The notes under the pieces are model-generated. The model ran no database searches, was not told the DNA's origin, and was given only the letters and a program-made list of their open reading frames with translations. The position numbers were made by a program, and so were the translations under genes. This document shows positions 1 through 9,907 of a stretch of DNA of 64,000 bases, one piece after another (positions within the stretch are counted from its first letter, which is position 1; every line of letters begins with the position of its first letter). The stretch is from Clostridiales bacterium. GTDB lineage: Bacteria; Bacillota; Clostridia; Saccharofermentanales; Saccharofermentanaceae. The stretch spans positions 15,052 to 79,051 of the forward strand of contig JAGCXQ010000062.1 in NCBI GenBank assembly GCA_017961235.1. The letters are read 5' to 3'.

Positions 1-173
1 TGAGCATCCTGGTATTCTGTCTCTTATACACTCCTTGCGTAGCAGCGGTCGCCTCTGTCCGACGTGAACTTGGTGTGAAATGGGCATCTATCGTCGTGAT
101 CTCACAGTGCGCTGTCGCCTGGATCGTAGCTTTCGGTGTATATCAGATCGGAATGCTTCTGGGACTGGGCTGA
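1..173 (+). CDS. feoB: 3' end of ferrous iron transporter FeoB (partial, enters from window start)
   Basis: Frame open from base 3 to TGA at 171-173. The translation SILVFCLLYTPCVAAVASVRRELGVKWASIVVISQCAVAWIVAFGVYQIGMLLGLG resembles the conserved LLYxPCxA C-terminal membrane segment of FeoB. Confidence 0.6.
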   Translation, partial: SILVFCLLYTPCVAAVASVRRELGVKWASIVVISQCAVAWIVAFGVYQIGMLLGLG

Positions 174-589
174 TTTCGCCAATATCACTTTCATTGTCTT
201 TTTGTTAAGAATCCGCATTAAGAAAAATTGGTTTCCCGGATAAAAAAACTGATCCCGGCGAAAGATATCGGCGGGATCCAGTTACAATTAAATTTCCTGC
301 ATCAAAAGTGTGTCGATAATAATGCAAGAAGTTGTCAACAAGCGTGGGGGGCCAGAGTCGTGTGCGTCAGAAAGATGGCAAACTTTCTCTAACGGAGGCA
401 TTGGGGTTGTCTGTTCACACCGCCCCCTACTTAATTATATTTTATATTAAACTTGAAAATGCGATACCAAATTTTTGTACTTTATGTCATAATAATGGCG
501 TAAGTTTATTATATCGCACAGAAGTGCCGGCGGAAGGGGTTGCCGCCGTAATATCAGCAGTTTCGACCGCTTATGACAGGGAGGCTATT

Positions 590-1465
590 ATGGATCAGGA
601 TGTTAATAAGGAATTACAGAGGCTTCTTTTTATGCAGCGTGAGCGCCTGATGGTCCGCTCTTCTTATGAACACGAATTCGACTTTTATGATCTTGTGGCG
701 ACCGGCCAGCTCGAGGAAGTAATGCGTCAGGTCAGAGAGTATCACATCTCCGAGCTCCGCGGCGTAGGCATGCTTTCCCCTGATCGTCTTCGTAACGTCC
801 GCTATCACCTGATCATCAGTATCGCCATGATTGCCCGTTACTGCATCAACTATGGCATGGACGTCGAGACATCCTATTCTCTTTCCGACATTTATATCCA
901 GCAGTGCGATGCCGCGACTTCCACAGCGCAGCTTGATGCTATCCAGCAGACCTGCATCGAGGACTACTGCACCAGAATGCGAGCCCTCCGCCTCGATAAC
1001 ATCTTCAGTAAGCACGTCGTGCGTGCGATCGAATATATCTATAGTCATCTTCAGGACCGTATCCTGGTTCCGGATCTTTCCGAATACCTCGGATTAAATG
1101 ACGCCTACTTCTCGAAGCTCTTTAAGAAAGAGACCGGTGTTTCCGTCAGTGACTTTATCCGCCTGAAGAAGATCGATGCCGCCAAGCATATGCTCAAGCA
1201 CTCGGACTACTCGTGTCTCAGCATCTCACAGTTCCTGTCCTTTTCGACACAGAGCCATTTCATCCAGGCCTTTAAGAAGCAGACCGGCCTGACACCGGAA
1301 GAATACCGGAAAGACTACTTCCACAAGGCTTTCCCGAAAGACGCGAAGACGAAGCAGGGCGCTTCCCTTCCTGTCGAACACACCGAGGAAGAACTTGCAA
1401 AGCTTCTGGAAGAAGCAAAAAGGAAAAATCTCGCCACTTCTCCACGGACGAATACGGAGGAATAA
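590..1465 (+). CDS. AraC-family transcriptional regulator (helical N-domain, C-terminal HTH_18)
   Basis: The ORF track gives 332-1465. I prefer ATG 590, which is preceded by GGGAGG (579-584). The C-terminus FSKLFKKETGVSVSDFIRLKKIDAAKHMLKHSDYSCLSISQFLSFSTQSHFIQAFKKQTGLTPEEYRK is a typical AraC double HTH. The length matches the paralog at 52277. Confidence 0.85.
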   Translation: MDQDVNKELQRLLFMQRERLMVRSSYEHEFDFYDLVATGQLEEVMRQVREYHISELRGVGMLSPDRLRNVRYHLIISIAMIARYCINYGMDVETSYSLSDIYIQQCDAATSTAQLDAIQQTCIEDYCTRMRALRLDNIFSKHVVRAIEYIYSHLQDRILVPDLSEYLGLNDAYFSKLFKKETGVSVSDFIRLKKIDAAKHMLKHSDYSCLSISQFLSFSTQSHFIQAFKKQTGLTPEEYRKDYFHKAFPKDAKTKQGASLPVEHTEEELAKLLEEAKRKNLATSPRTNTEE

Positions 1466-1470
1466 CAGAT

Positions 1471-3327
1471 ATGTCGGGGATGATTCTGTTTTTGGCCTCT
1501 TTTCTCAGCGTTTCGGCTCTCCTTCTACCGAAGGGAACCGAATTGCTCGCTGTTCTTCTGGCAGTGCTTCTCTTTGCCCTATCGAAGCAGAAGATCCCCA
1601 CATCTTCACTGTATAATATTCAGAAAAAGCCGCTGATACGCTCGATCGCGCTCTCCGGGATCCTGGTCATCTACTTCATCATCAACTGCTACGGCAGATA
1701 TGAGGATCTGAATATCATGCTCGCCATGATCATCGGTATCGTCCTTCTGCTTCTGTCCGTCCCGCTGACTTTACAGATCGGCGCGGCGGAAAAAGCACTT
1801 CCCGACCTTCCTTCCGAAAAGGATAAGAAACGAGCTGGCATGATCGGCTTCTCGCTGATCGTCGGATTTGTCACCGTCCTTATTCTGTCGCAGTCCTCTC
1901 CTCTTTATCCCTGTAACAACTGGTCTGACGCCAACTGCTTCCTGACACTCGGAAGGACACCTCTGCATGGCAGGAAGATGTATAGCGAAGTCTTTGATCA
2001 TAAAGGACCTCTGCTATATCTCATCCACACCGTCTCCGCACTGATCTCTCCGGATTCCTTCCTCGGGATGTATATCATCCAGTCGCTGCTATGTGCGATG
2101 ACCCATCGCTTCATGGTCAAGACCGCCGGTCTTTTTATAAAGAATGACCGTACCACATATCTTCTGTCCATACCGGCTTTATTCCTTCTCTTTTCGACCA
2201 ATGCATATTTCTACGGTGATTCCACGGAAGAGATCCTTCTCCCGTTCGTGATAGCCGGCATCTATGTCATCTTTAAGTCTTTCCGGAAAGAAGAAGATCT
2301 TTCCAAAAGCGACATGGTCATTCTCGGTACCGGTGCCGCTTTTGCCTTCTGGATCAAGTTCACGCTCTGCGGATTCTGGATCGGTGCGATCTTATACATG
2401 ATCGTCCGCCTCATCCGCAGACGCGAAGCAAAGAAGCTTCTGAAGTATGCCCTGTGGTTCTGTGTTCCCTGCATCGCCATTTCGATCCCGATCCTGATCT
2501 ATCTGGCAGCTACCTCCACCTTAGGCGACATGTTCACCGTATATTTCTATAACAACATGTTCAGTTACCAGAGCTTAAACGGCGGTATCCCGATCTTCGG
2601 TAAGCTCCCTTACTCTCTGATCCTAACGATCATGAAGCTAGACACCAACCGCGTCATGGCCGCTCTGATCATCTCAGCGATCTTCTATCTGAGTTCCCTG
2701 AAGGATAAGAGGTATATCACGTTCTATTCGGTCACCTTCGTCACGACTGCTTTCTTCGTATTCTTCGGCGACTCCCAGATGTTCTACTACATCTTCGGGC
2801 TGGCGGCCTTTGCTCTTCCGGGCATTATCCCCTGGATCCTTCTTGTCAGAAAAGCACTGGCGCCGAAGGATTCCAAGCGTCTTCTCACGGTCATCTCCGC
2901 CGCGGCACTTGTCGCTTTCTGTATCTTCTCCTTCTCCGCGTCCTGCGCAACATTCGAGATCCTCACCAAGAGATCGGATCTTCCGTCTTATAAGTTTGCG
3001 TCATATATGGATACTTCGGAGAATGTCTCCATACTGAATTTCGACTTCCCGGACAGCGGTTTCTATTCCGCCGCCGGTTCTGTGCCTACAGAGAAGTATT
3101 ATTGCAAATATAATCTCGACGATGTTCTTCCCGAGATCGTGAGCAGCCGTATCCAGGCGATCGCCGAGCGCCGCGTGGAGTATGTCATCACGAGGAATCA
3201 CGCGTATAATTTCAAGAACTACGATCTGATCGCTTCGGCAGATCTGACCGAGATCGACTTTGACGGCGAGGTGGGAACCGATACCTACTTCCTTTACCGT
3301 CGAAATGAAGGAGAAGATAATGGATAA
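1471..3327 (+). CDS. Polytopic membrane protein, GT-C-fold glycosyltransferase-like (PMT_2/ArnT-like)
   Basis: 618 aa with more than 10 hydrophobic segments. The early loop motif YSEVFDHKGPLLYLIH resembles the D-x-K-P-P-L loop of ArnT/PMT-type GT-C enzymes. A soluble tail of about 130 aa follows. The start lies 5 nt after the AraC stop, with GGAGG upstream. Confidence 0.6.
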   Translation: MSGMILFLASFLSVSALLLPKGTELLAVLLAVLLFALSKQKIPTSSLYNIQKKPLIRSIALSGILVIYFIINCYGRYEDLNIMLAMIIGIVLLLLSVPLTLQIGAAEKALPDLPSEKDKKRAGMIGFSLIVGFVTVLILSQSSPLYPCNNWSDANCFLTLGRTPLHGRKMYSEVFDHKGPLLYLIHTVSALISPDSFLGMYIIQSLLCAMTHRFMVKTAGLFIKNDRTTYLLSIPALFLLFSTNAYFYGDSTEEILLPFVIAGIYVIFKSFRKEEDLSKSDMVILGTGAAFAFWIKFTLCGFWIGAILYMIVRLIRRREAKKLLKYALWFCVPCIAISIPILIYLAATSTLGDMFTVYFYNNMFSYQSLNGGIPIFGKLPYSLILTIMKLDTNRVMAALIISAIFYLSSLKDKRYITFYSVTFVTTAFFVFFGDSQMFYYIFGLAAFALPGIIPWILLVRKALAPKDSKRLLTVISAAALVAFCIFSFSASCATFEILTKRSDLPSYKFASYMDTSENVSILNFDFPDSGFYSAAGSVPTEKYYCKYNLDDVLPEIVSSRIQAIAERRVEYVITRNHAYNFKNYDLIASADLTEIDFDGEVGTDTYFLYRRNEGEDNG

Positions 3328-4876
3328 GCCGCGGCTGAATTCTGACTCTCACGATCGTTTCTCACTTCTTCTCATTGCCCTGACCTCGATCCTTCTGACG
3401 TCCTTCGTCTGCCCGTATGCGCCCTGGTTCCGCTACTGTTTTGAAACAGATGAGACCGTGTACCGTCTTGTTTCTCTCGGCTGGATCCGCGGAAAACTCC
3501 CCTACCGTGACCTTTTCGATCACAAAGGACCTCTCTCCTACGTTTTCTACTCGCTGGGTCTTCTGATCTCCGGCGGAAAGAACTGGGGTATGTGGCTCGT
3601 TTTCTGCATCGTTAACGCGCTCACGTTCACCACGATGTACAGAGTCTTCCGACTGAGATACGACGAGGATTTCTCCATCGTTTCGACCGCACTTCTGATG
3701 TTCCTCCTGACCTTCTTCAAGGATTCTCTCTTCGGCTCCTCCTCGCGTCCGGAAAACATCATCTGCATGTTCCTGATGATCTCCGCGTATCCCTTTGTAA
3801 AAGCACTCATCCGCTTCGATGATCTTCTTCTCGACGAGCAGAAGGAAACTCCTGTCTTTACGATAAAGGAGATGCTGGTCATCGGGCTATGCTGCGGATG
3901 CGTCTTTCTCATCAAGTTCAATATCTGTGTCTTTTATCTGTGCTTCATCGGATCCTATTTCATCTGGCTGATGATCCGAGGCCGCTGGCGCGAGTTCTTT
4001 TCACGAGTAGGCATCTTCCTCGCGGGACTTGTTTCCATCACCGCGGTCTTCTGCATCTACTACTATGTCAGAGGCGGTCTGTCCGACATGATCGGCACGT
4101 ATTTCCTGTTCAATATCCGTTCCGGATGGACAGGGCACTGGCGTCTTCACATCTTCCAGCCGCCGATCCCGGTCACGACTCAGGCCGTCACGATCCTTCT
4201 TATCATCTGCGCGGTGATCGTTATGCGTTTTTCCTCGCAGAAGAATCCGGGACTCAAGCTTCAGAACACTGTCTATCTCATTCTCGGCGCGGTGATCTAT
4301 TTCTTCATCACACTTCCTGAGATCTACTACTACTCATTTATCGTTATTCTCCCGATCTACATGGTCGGCATCTCTCTTCCCGCCGAGCTGATCACGATAC
4401 GCGAGAAGTTTTCTCTTTCCAGACCGAAGATCTGTGCGATGTTTCTCGTACCGGTATTGATCTCATTTCTGATCAACTTTATCGCTATGCCTTCTGTACC
4501 GGCCAAACCTACCGAATTCGAACAGAAAATGGAAGTTTACGCAGAGGCACATCCGGATGCGACATATCTGTTCTTTATGAGCAACACATTTGCGTCTCCG
4601 ATGTTCTACGATATGACCACGGAAGTTCCTTCTTTCCGCTACTTCTATATCCCGGCACGCGCCACGGACGAGATGGAGACCGAACAGCTCCGTACGATCG
4701 CCAGAGGCGAGCCGGATGTCATCGTGATCGAAAATCCTCAGGACCAGGATCCCCGCGTCATGCAGAGCTTCTATAGCTTCTTCGAGAAGTACGGATACAG
4801 CGTCTACTGTGAAGGGGACGGATATAAATACGACACCAGTTATCTGATCTACGCTAAAAGAGAGACTGTCAGCTGA
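3320..4876 (+). CDS. Paralogous GT-C-fold membrane glycosyltransferase-like protein
   Basis: ATG 3320 follows AAGGAGAAG and overlaps the upstream stop by 8 nt. It carries the same loop motif (YRDLFDHKGPLSYVFY), is polytopic and has a soluble C-terminal domain. Confidence 0.6.
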   Translation: MDKPRLNSDSHDRFSLLLIALTSILLTSFVCPYAPWFRYCFETDETVYRLVSLGWIRGKLPYRDLFDHKGPLSYVFYSLGLLISGGKNWGMWLVFCIVNALTFTTMYRVFRLRYDEDFSIVSTALLMFLLTFFKDSLFGSSSRPENIICMFLMISAYPFVKALIRFDDLLLDEQKETPVFTIKEMLVIGLCCGCVFLIKFNICVFYLCFIGSYFIWLMIRGRWREFFSRVGIFLAGLVSITAVFCIYYYVRGGLSDMIGTYFLFNIRSGWTGHWRLHIFQPPIPVTTQAVTILLIICAVIVMRFSSQKNPGLKLQNTVYLILGAVIYFFITLPEIYYYSFIVILPIYMVGISLPAELITIREKFSLSRPKICAMFLVPVLISFLINFIAMPSVPAKPTEFEQKMEVYAEAHPDATYLFFMSNTFASPMFYDMTTEVPSFRYFYIPARATDEMETEQLRTIARGEPDVIVIENPQDQDPRVMQSFYSFFEKYGYSVYCEGDGYKYDTSYLIYAKRETVS

Positions 4877-5867
4877 TCGTATCGAGCCATCTCACAAATT
4901 CCTGGAACAGCTTCACGCTTCCCCAGCAGTCTTTGATATCCCGGCCATATAGTTCTGACGCATCATTCGCATAGTATGTCTCCGTAAACTCTTCCCCGCC
5001 GATCGAGAACCGGAACGAGGCGTGATCCAGGTTTTGGGTCAGCGCAATCATCTGGTAGGCTGCTTTCTTCATCTCGGAACGATAGTATTTTTCAAGTTTA
5101 CTATCCAGCGGCTCGCTGAAGATAATTGTCCATCCGTAGGGTTCTTTTTCCGTCTCCAGTTCATTGGTAAAAGCACCGATCTTATCACGGAGTCCCAAAG
5201 CCGAAGCAGTCCGGGAATTGGCCGACATATCTCCTACATACATATGTTTGGTGCCCCAGATCTGCCAAGTCTGATCGAGGATCGTTTCTCCGTCCTCCCA
5301 GACGATCGTTCTCTCTTCATCGACGAAGATCATGGCCAGCGGCGCATCATACGAATATGTGATTGTTTCCGTCTTCATTCCCTGATGAAGAGGGCTCTTC
5401 TTCACGATCCGGCTGGTGATCCAGATATCGCCGTCCTCACTCTCCTCAAACTTGATGTCCGAAATCGCTTCCTTATCATCAACAGGAATTGCGGTAACAT
5501 GCACGTTCTTCCCGTCGACTTCTATATTGTACGTGACCTTCCCGGAATCACCCTTTTCTCCGATCATGTATGTTCTCGTCACGAGTACGCCAAGTATCAG
5601 AGCCACCACAGCCAGTACCACAGACAAAGCAATGACTCTCACTCGGGAACGGTACTTCTTCATAAAGTCGATGTGCTTTTTCTCCTCTGCCGCTTCAGAC
5701 GGCGAAAGTGCTCCACCCTCTTCTTTTTTCATGGTTTCATAAACACTTTGACAGGCAGGGCAGTGTAAAACGTGTGCTTCGACCTCGCCATTCGTTACAT
5801 CAGAAGTTAATTTGTCGATATAAAGCGGTAGAAGATCCTGTACGATCTCACAAGGCAGTTTTGTCAT
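4869..5867 (-). CDS. Anti-sigma factor (zf-HC2 N-terminus, one TM, DUF4825-like extracytoplasmic domain)
   Basis: The N-terminus EAHVLHCPACQSVYETM is an H-x3-C-x2-C zinc motif. One TM segment (VIALSVVLAVVALILGVLV). ATGA overlap with the upstream ECF sigma gene. Confidence 0.75.
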   Translation of the reverse strand: MTKLPCEIVQDLLPLYIDKLTSDVTNGEVEAHVLHCPACQSVYETMKKEEGGALSPSEAAEEKKHIDFMKKYRSRVRVIALSVVLAVVALILGVLVTRTYMIGEKGDSGKVTYNIEVDGKNVHVTAIPVDDKEAISDIKFEESEDGDIWITSRIVKKSPLHQGMKTETITYSYDAPLAMIFVDEERTIVWEDGETILDQTWQIWGTKHMYVGDMSANSRTASALGLRDKIGAFTNELETEKEPYGWTIIFSEPLDSKLEKYYRSEMKKAAYQMIALTQNLDHASFRFSIGGEEFTETYYANDASELYGRDIKDCWGSVKLFQEFVRWLDTIS

Positions 5868-6337
5868 TTTTCCAACTCCTTCCTCAGCTTTTCTTTTCCG
5901 CGATAGTATGTCACCCTGGCCCAGTTTTCAGTCTTTTCGTGTATCGTTCCGATCTCACGGAATGAAAGATTTCCGAAGATGCGCAGATACATCACTTCCC
6001 GGTAGGGTTCCGTTAATGAGTGCAGTTTCTTGAGGAGCTCGACCCGTTCGGCCGATTCGACAAGTTCTTTTTCCGCAGACTGCACGGGAATGGCCAGATC
6101 ATCGATATCCTCGTGCGGCGGATGCTTCCGTCTATAGGTAAGAAGTACATTCTTCGCAATACCGCAAAGCCACGTCGAGATCCTGCACTTGCCATCGAAC
6201 CGGTCAATCGTCCGGATCGCCTGATAAAAGGTCTCCTGTGTCAGTTCTTCTGCCAGGTCGGCCTGATAGGTCAGTGACAGCAGATACTTGTACACCGTCT
6301 TCGCGTGCTGCTGGTAGATTTCATCAAAAGACTGCAA
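5864..6337 (-). CDS. ECF-type RNA polymerase sigma-70 family factor
   Basis: 157 aa. Region 2 (YKYLLSLTYQADLAEELTQETFYQA) and region 4 (PYREVMYLRIFGNLSFREIGTIHEKTENWARVTYYRGKEKL) are present. TTG start after AAGGAGGTGA. Confidence 0.85.
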   Translation of the reverse strand: MQSFDEIYQQHAKTVYKYLLSLTYQADLAEELTQETFYQAIRTIDRFDGKCRISTWLCGIAKNVLLTYRRKHPPHEDIDDLAIPVQSAEKELVESAERVELLKKLHSLTEPYREVMYLRIFGNLSFREIGTIHEKTENWARVTYYRGKEKLRKELEK

Positions 6338-6422
6338 CTTCTCACCTCCTTTGCTTCTCGTATGTGTATGCAGGAAAAACGGGATTCGTTACAGTTTTTT
6401 CCAAAAAAACTTTTCATAATTC

Positions 6423-6458
6423 AAAAAAAAGAGCCGTCTCTTTAGAAAAGACGGCTCT
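6423..6458 (-). terminator. Rho-independent terminator downstream of proS
   Basis: Stem AGAGCCGTCT (6430-6439) pairs with AGACGGCTCT (6449-6458). On the minus strand it is followed by a run of 8 U (A-run 6423-6430 on +). Confidence 0.7.
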
Positions 6459-6491
6459 TTCTGTAAACTTACATACTATTTCAAAACCGGA

Positions 6492-8204
6492 TCAGACCTT
6501 GGCGGTCTCGATCTCTTTGAGTGCAGCGGCGATCGCTTCCTCAGCAGTCATCTCAACAACTTCGGAACCGGCACGGAGCTTGTACTCGACCTTGCCCTCA
6601 GCTGCCTTACGGCCGACGGTGATACGAACCGGAATACCAATGAGGTCAGCATCCTTGAACTTAACGCCTGCACGCTCTTCTCTATCGTCGATCAGGACTT
6701 CAGCTCCTGCCTTCTCGAGTGCGTCGTGGATCTCTTCCGCCATCTTCACGACTGTTTCATCCTGGGAAGTGGTCGGAACGACGATGACCTGATATGGAGC
6801 TACGGACATCGGCCAGATGATACCGTTCTCATCGTAGTGCTGCTCGATGATCGCAGCTAAAGTTCTGGAAACACCGATACCATAGCAGCCCATGATCATG
6901 GAGTTCTCTTTACCGTCTTTATCGAGGTAGATGCAGTGGAGTGCGTCCGAATACTTTGTACCGAGCTTGAAGATGTGTCCTACTTCGATACCTCTGCACA
7001 TGGACATCGGCTTGCCGCACTTCGGGCACGGATCACCTTCTACAGCGCCTCTTACATCTACGATACGGTCCGGTGTGAAATCACGGCCGATATTGACATT
7101 CTTAAAGTGGAAGTCTGTCTCGTTAGCACCAACGATGAAGTTCGTCATAGCAGCAACCTCATAGTCAGCGATCACTTCGATCTTTTCCTTCAGGCCGCAA
7201 GGTCCTGCAAATCCGACAGCCGCACCGGTTACACGCTCTACTTCTTCGAAAGAAGCGAGGTTCATCTCTGTTGCATCAAAGAGATTACCGAGCTTGGTCT
7301 CATTGATCTCACGGTCACCTCTTACCATAACGGCCACGATCTTGCCGTCGATGTTGTAAAGGATCGTCTTGGCAAATGCAGTCGGCTCAGACTTCATGAA
7401 CTCCATGAGTTCCTCGATGGTCTTTACATGAGGTGTCTCGATCTTTTCCATCTCGAGCATCTCGACATCCTTCGGAGCCTCGACCTTCGGGCACGGTGCT
7501 TTTTCCTCATTTGCAGCATAATCGCATGCCGGGCAGTAAGCGATCGCATCTTCACCAACTGCGGACTTTACCATGAACTCCTGGGAGCCGGAACCGCCCA
7601 TCGCGCCGGAATCGGCATCAACGAGGATATAGTCGAGGTTGCAGCGGTCGAAGATCTTGCAGTAGGCCTCTTTCATGTTGAGGTAAGACTTATCCAGACC
7701 TGCCTCATCGACGTCGAAGCTGTATGCATCCTTCATGACGAACTCACGGGAACGGACGACACCGAATCTCGGACGCTTCTCATCTCTGTACTTATGCTGG
7801 ATCTGATAGAGTGTCACCGGCAGATTACGATAAGAACGGATCGTATCTCTTACTGCTTCGGTAAACGGCTCTTCATGTGTCGGACCGAGGCAGAACTGGC
7901 GTCCTCCTCTATCCTTCAGACGGAACATCTCCGGTCCGAATTTCTCCCAGCGTCCGGAAGCCATATAGGTCTCTGCCGGAAGGACCGCCGGCATGATAAG
8001 TTCCTGTGCGCCGGCTCTATCCATCTCCTCACGGACGATAGCCTCGACCTTACGATAGGCACGATAGCCCATCGGCATATAAGAATAGATACCGGCAGCG
8101 GCCTTACGCATCAGGCCGGCACGAAGCATGAGCTGATGGCTCACGATCTCGGCATCGGATGGTACTTCTCTCTGAGTGGACATGAAAAGCTTAGATACTC
8201 GCAT
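6492..8204 (-). CDS. proS: Proline--tRNA ligase
   Basis: Translation [63 protein letters not shown] is bacterial-type ProRS with an insertion domain. ATG 8204 follows AGAGGA; the track's earlier start has no RBS. Confidence 0.95.
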   Translation of the reverse strand: MRVSKLFMSTQREVPSDAEIVSHQLMLRAGLMRKAAAGIYSYMPMGYRAYRKVEAIVREEMDRAGAQELIMPAVLPAETYMASGRWEKFGPEMFRLKDRGGRQFCLGPTHEEPFTEAVRDTIRSYRNLPVTLYQIQHKYRDEKRPRFGVVRSREFVMKDAYSFDVDEAGLDKSYLNMKEAYCKIFDRCNLDYILVDADSGAMGGSGSQEFMVKSAVGEDAIAYCPACDYAANEEKAPCPKVEAPKDVEMLEMEKIETPHVKTIEELMEFMKSEPTAFAKTILYNIDGKIVAVMVRGDREINETKLGNLFDATEMNLASFEEVERVTGAAVGFAGPCGLKEKIEVIADYEVAAMTNFIVGANETDFHFKNVNIGRDFTPDRIVDVRGAVEGDPCPKCGKPMSMCRGIEVGHIFKLGTKYSDALHCIYLDKDGKENSMIMGCYGIGVSRTLAAIIEQHYDENGIIWPMSVAPYQVIVVPTTSQDETVVKMAEEIHDALEKAGAEVLIDDREERAGVKFKDADLIGIPVRITVGRKAAEGKVEYKLRAGSEVVEMTAEEAIAAALKEIETAKV

Positions 8205-8261
8205 GATTGATTCCTCTTTCGTCGCGCACATACGCGCATATATAAATAGATAGCACACAAA

Positions 8262-8290
8262 AGTATAATGATTTCATCTGTCAATGTCAA
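8262..8290 (-). promoter_or_regulatory. Candidate sigma-A promoter for proS
   Basis: Minus strand reads TTGACA (8290-8285), a 17-nt spacer, then TATACT (8267-8262), about 55 nt upstream of the proS ATG. Confidence 0.4.
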
Positions 8291-8392
8291 TTTCACCGAC
8301 TTTTCGAGCCGTCTCCGCAAATCCCCTTTCAAAAGTAGTAAAATGGACATAAGAAACTCCGGGCACTTGTTTCGTTCATAAAGGAGGCTTCT

Positions 8393-9907
8393 ATGGACGC
8401 AAAAAAGACATGTGATATCCTGATCATCGGCGCTGGCGTCGTAGGCACTTCGATCGCCTACAGCCTTATCCCGTATGAGAAAGAAGTACTGATCCTCGAG
8501 AAAAACAACGATGTAGCCATGGGCGCCACGCGCGCTAACAGTGCGATCATGCACGCCGGCTACGACCCGAGACCCGGGACACTTATGGCCAGGCTCAATG
8601 TCGAGGGAAACCGTCTCTGCGAAGAGCTCTGCCGGAAGCTAAGTGTACCCTTCTCCCGCTGCGGTTCATTGGTTCTGGCTTTTTCCGATACGGAAAAAGC
8701 ACTTCTGTCCGACCTTCTGGATCGTGGCATACGAAATGGCGTACCGGATCTTCGGATCCTGGATCAGGAAGAACTCCGGGAAATGGAACCGGGAGTATCG
8801 GAAGAAGCCGTTGCTGCCCTATATGCACCCTCTGCAGGCATCATCAATCCCTGGGAACTGTGTCTGGCCCAGGCGGAGGTCTTCGTTTCAAACGGCGGAA
8901 GGATCTTCTTTCACTCCGAAGTCACCAAGATCGAAGAAAACGAGCCCGAAGCTCCATACCGTTATACAGTCACGACCGGTAATGATGCATACAGTACGAA
9001 TACCATCATCTTCGCCTGCGGCACACATGCAGATGAAGTGCATGCCCTTATAAGTGAGCCGGATTTTCAGATCGTCCCTACCCGGGGCGAGTACTATCTG
9101 CTTGATAAGTCCGAAGGAAACAAGGTCTCTCATGTTGTCTTCCAGTGTCCGAATGAAAAAGGAAAAGGTGTACTGGTCGCTCCGACTGTTCACGGCAATC
9201 TGATCTGCGGACCGACCTCTGAGGTGTTATCGGAAGATATCGACGATACTTCCACCACCTCCGGCAAGCTCTCCGAGATCAAGGAAAAAGCCACGCGATC
9301 TGTCCGTGATATTTCCTGGCGTGATAATGTCAGAAACTTCTCCGGGATCCGCGCCAATTCGACATCCGATGATTTTATCATCCGTGAGATCCCCGGGAGA
9401 AAAGGAATCTTTGAGGCCGCAGGCATCAAGTCTCCGGGACTTGCCAGCAGTCCGGCGATCGGCCCGTATATGGTCGAACTGTTAAAAGAAAGCGGAGTAG
9501 ATCTCCCACCGAAAGAAAATACATATACGCTCACCCGCAAGAAGATCCACTTCCGTGATCTCTCGAACGAAGAACGAGCGGAACTGGTTAGAAAAGATCC
9601 CTCCTACGGCCGCATCGTCTGCCGGTGCGAAGGAGTCACCGAAGGCGAGATCCGGGATGCGCTTTTAAGCCCGATCCCGCCCGTTTCCCTTGATGCCGTC
9701 AAGCGCAGGGCAGGAACCGGAATGGGCCGCTGCCAGGGCGGATTCTGCGGTCCACGAATCGTGGAGATGCTTATCGAAAACGGAAAGAACATAGCTGTAC
9801 CTTGCGGAAGCACACCGCTTCCTCCTGCCCATCTTTCTATCGAGCAGGATGCAGACGGCTCGTATCTGTTCGTTCCACGGGATGCCGAGAAGGAGGTGGG
9901 ATCATGA
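8393..9907 (+). CDS. FAD-dependent oxidoreductase, GlpA-like glycerol-3-phosphate dehydrogenase with BFD-like [2Fe-2S] domain
   Basis: N-terminal dinucleotide fold DILIIGAGVVGTSIAYSL. C-terminal CRCEGVTEGEIRDAL...GRCQGGFC is the BFD-type Cys pattern. RBS AAAGGAGG. Confidence 0.8.
   Translation: MDAKKTCDILIIGAGVVGTSIAYSLIPYEKEVLILEKNNDVAMGATRANSAIMHAGYDPRPGTLMARLNVEGNRLCEELCRKLSVPFSRCGSLVLAFSDTEKALLSDLLDRGIRNGVPDLRILDQEELREMEPGVSEEAVAALYAPSAGIINPWELCLAQAEVFVSNGGRIFFHSEVTKIEENEPEAPYRYTVTTGNDAYSTNTIIFACGTHADEVHALISEPDFQIVPTRGEYYLLDKSEGNKVSHVVFQCPNEKGKGVLVAPTVHGNLICGPTSEVLSEDIDDTSTTSGKLSEIKEKATRSVRDISWRDNVRNFSGIRANSTSDDFIIREIPGRKGIFEAAGIKSPGLASSPAIGPYMVELLKESGVDLPPKENTYTLTRKKIHFRDLSNEERAELVRKDPSYGRIVCRCEGVTEGEIRDALLSPIPPVSLDAVKRRAGTGMGRCQGGFCGPRIVEMLIENGKNIAVPCGSTPLPPAHLSIEQDADGSYLFVPRDAEKEVGS

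Noticed and set aside
136-240. Small ORF overlapping and following the feoB stop, as a possible FeoB-associated Cys-rich membrane protein
   Set aside because: It has only a GTG start inside feoB and no RBS. The peptide (..FANITFIVFLLRIRIKKNWFPG) lacks the Cys-rich tail that defines that family.
332-589. N-terminal extension of the first AraC ORF (track start 332)
   Set aside because: It uses a TTG start with no RBS and runs through an AT-rich promoter-like stretch. The internal ATG 590 has a GGGAGG RBS and gives a protein collinear with the paralog at 52277.
8205-8392. Possible T-box leader upstream of proS
   Set aside because: Only about 190 nt are shared with a divergent gene, and there is no GGUGGUACCGCG-type T-box core or terminator/antiterminator pair. 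A plain TTGACA-17-TATACT promoter fits better.
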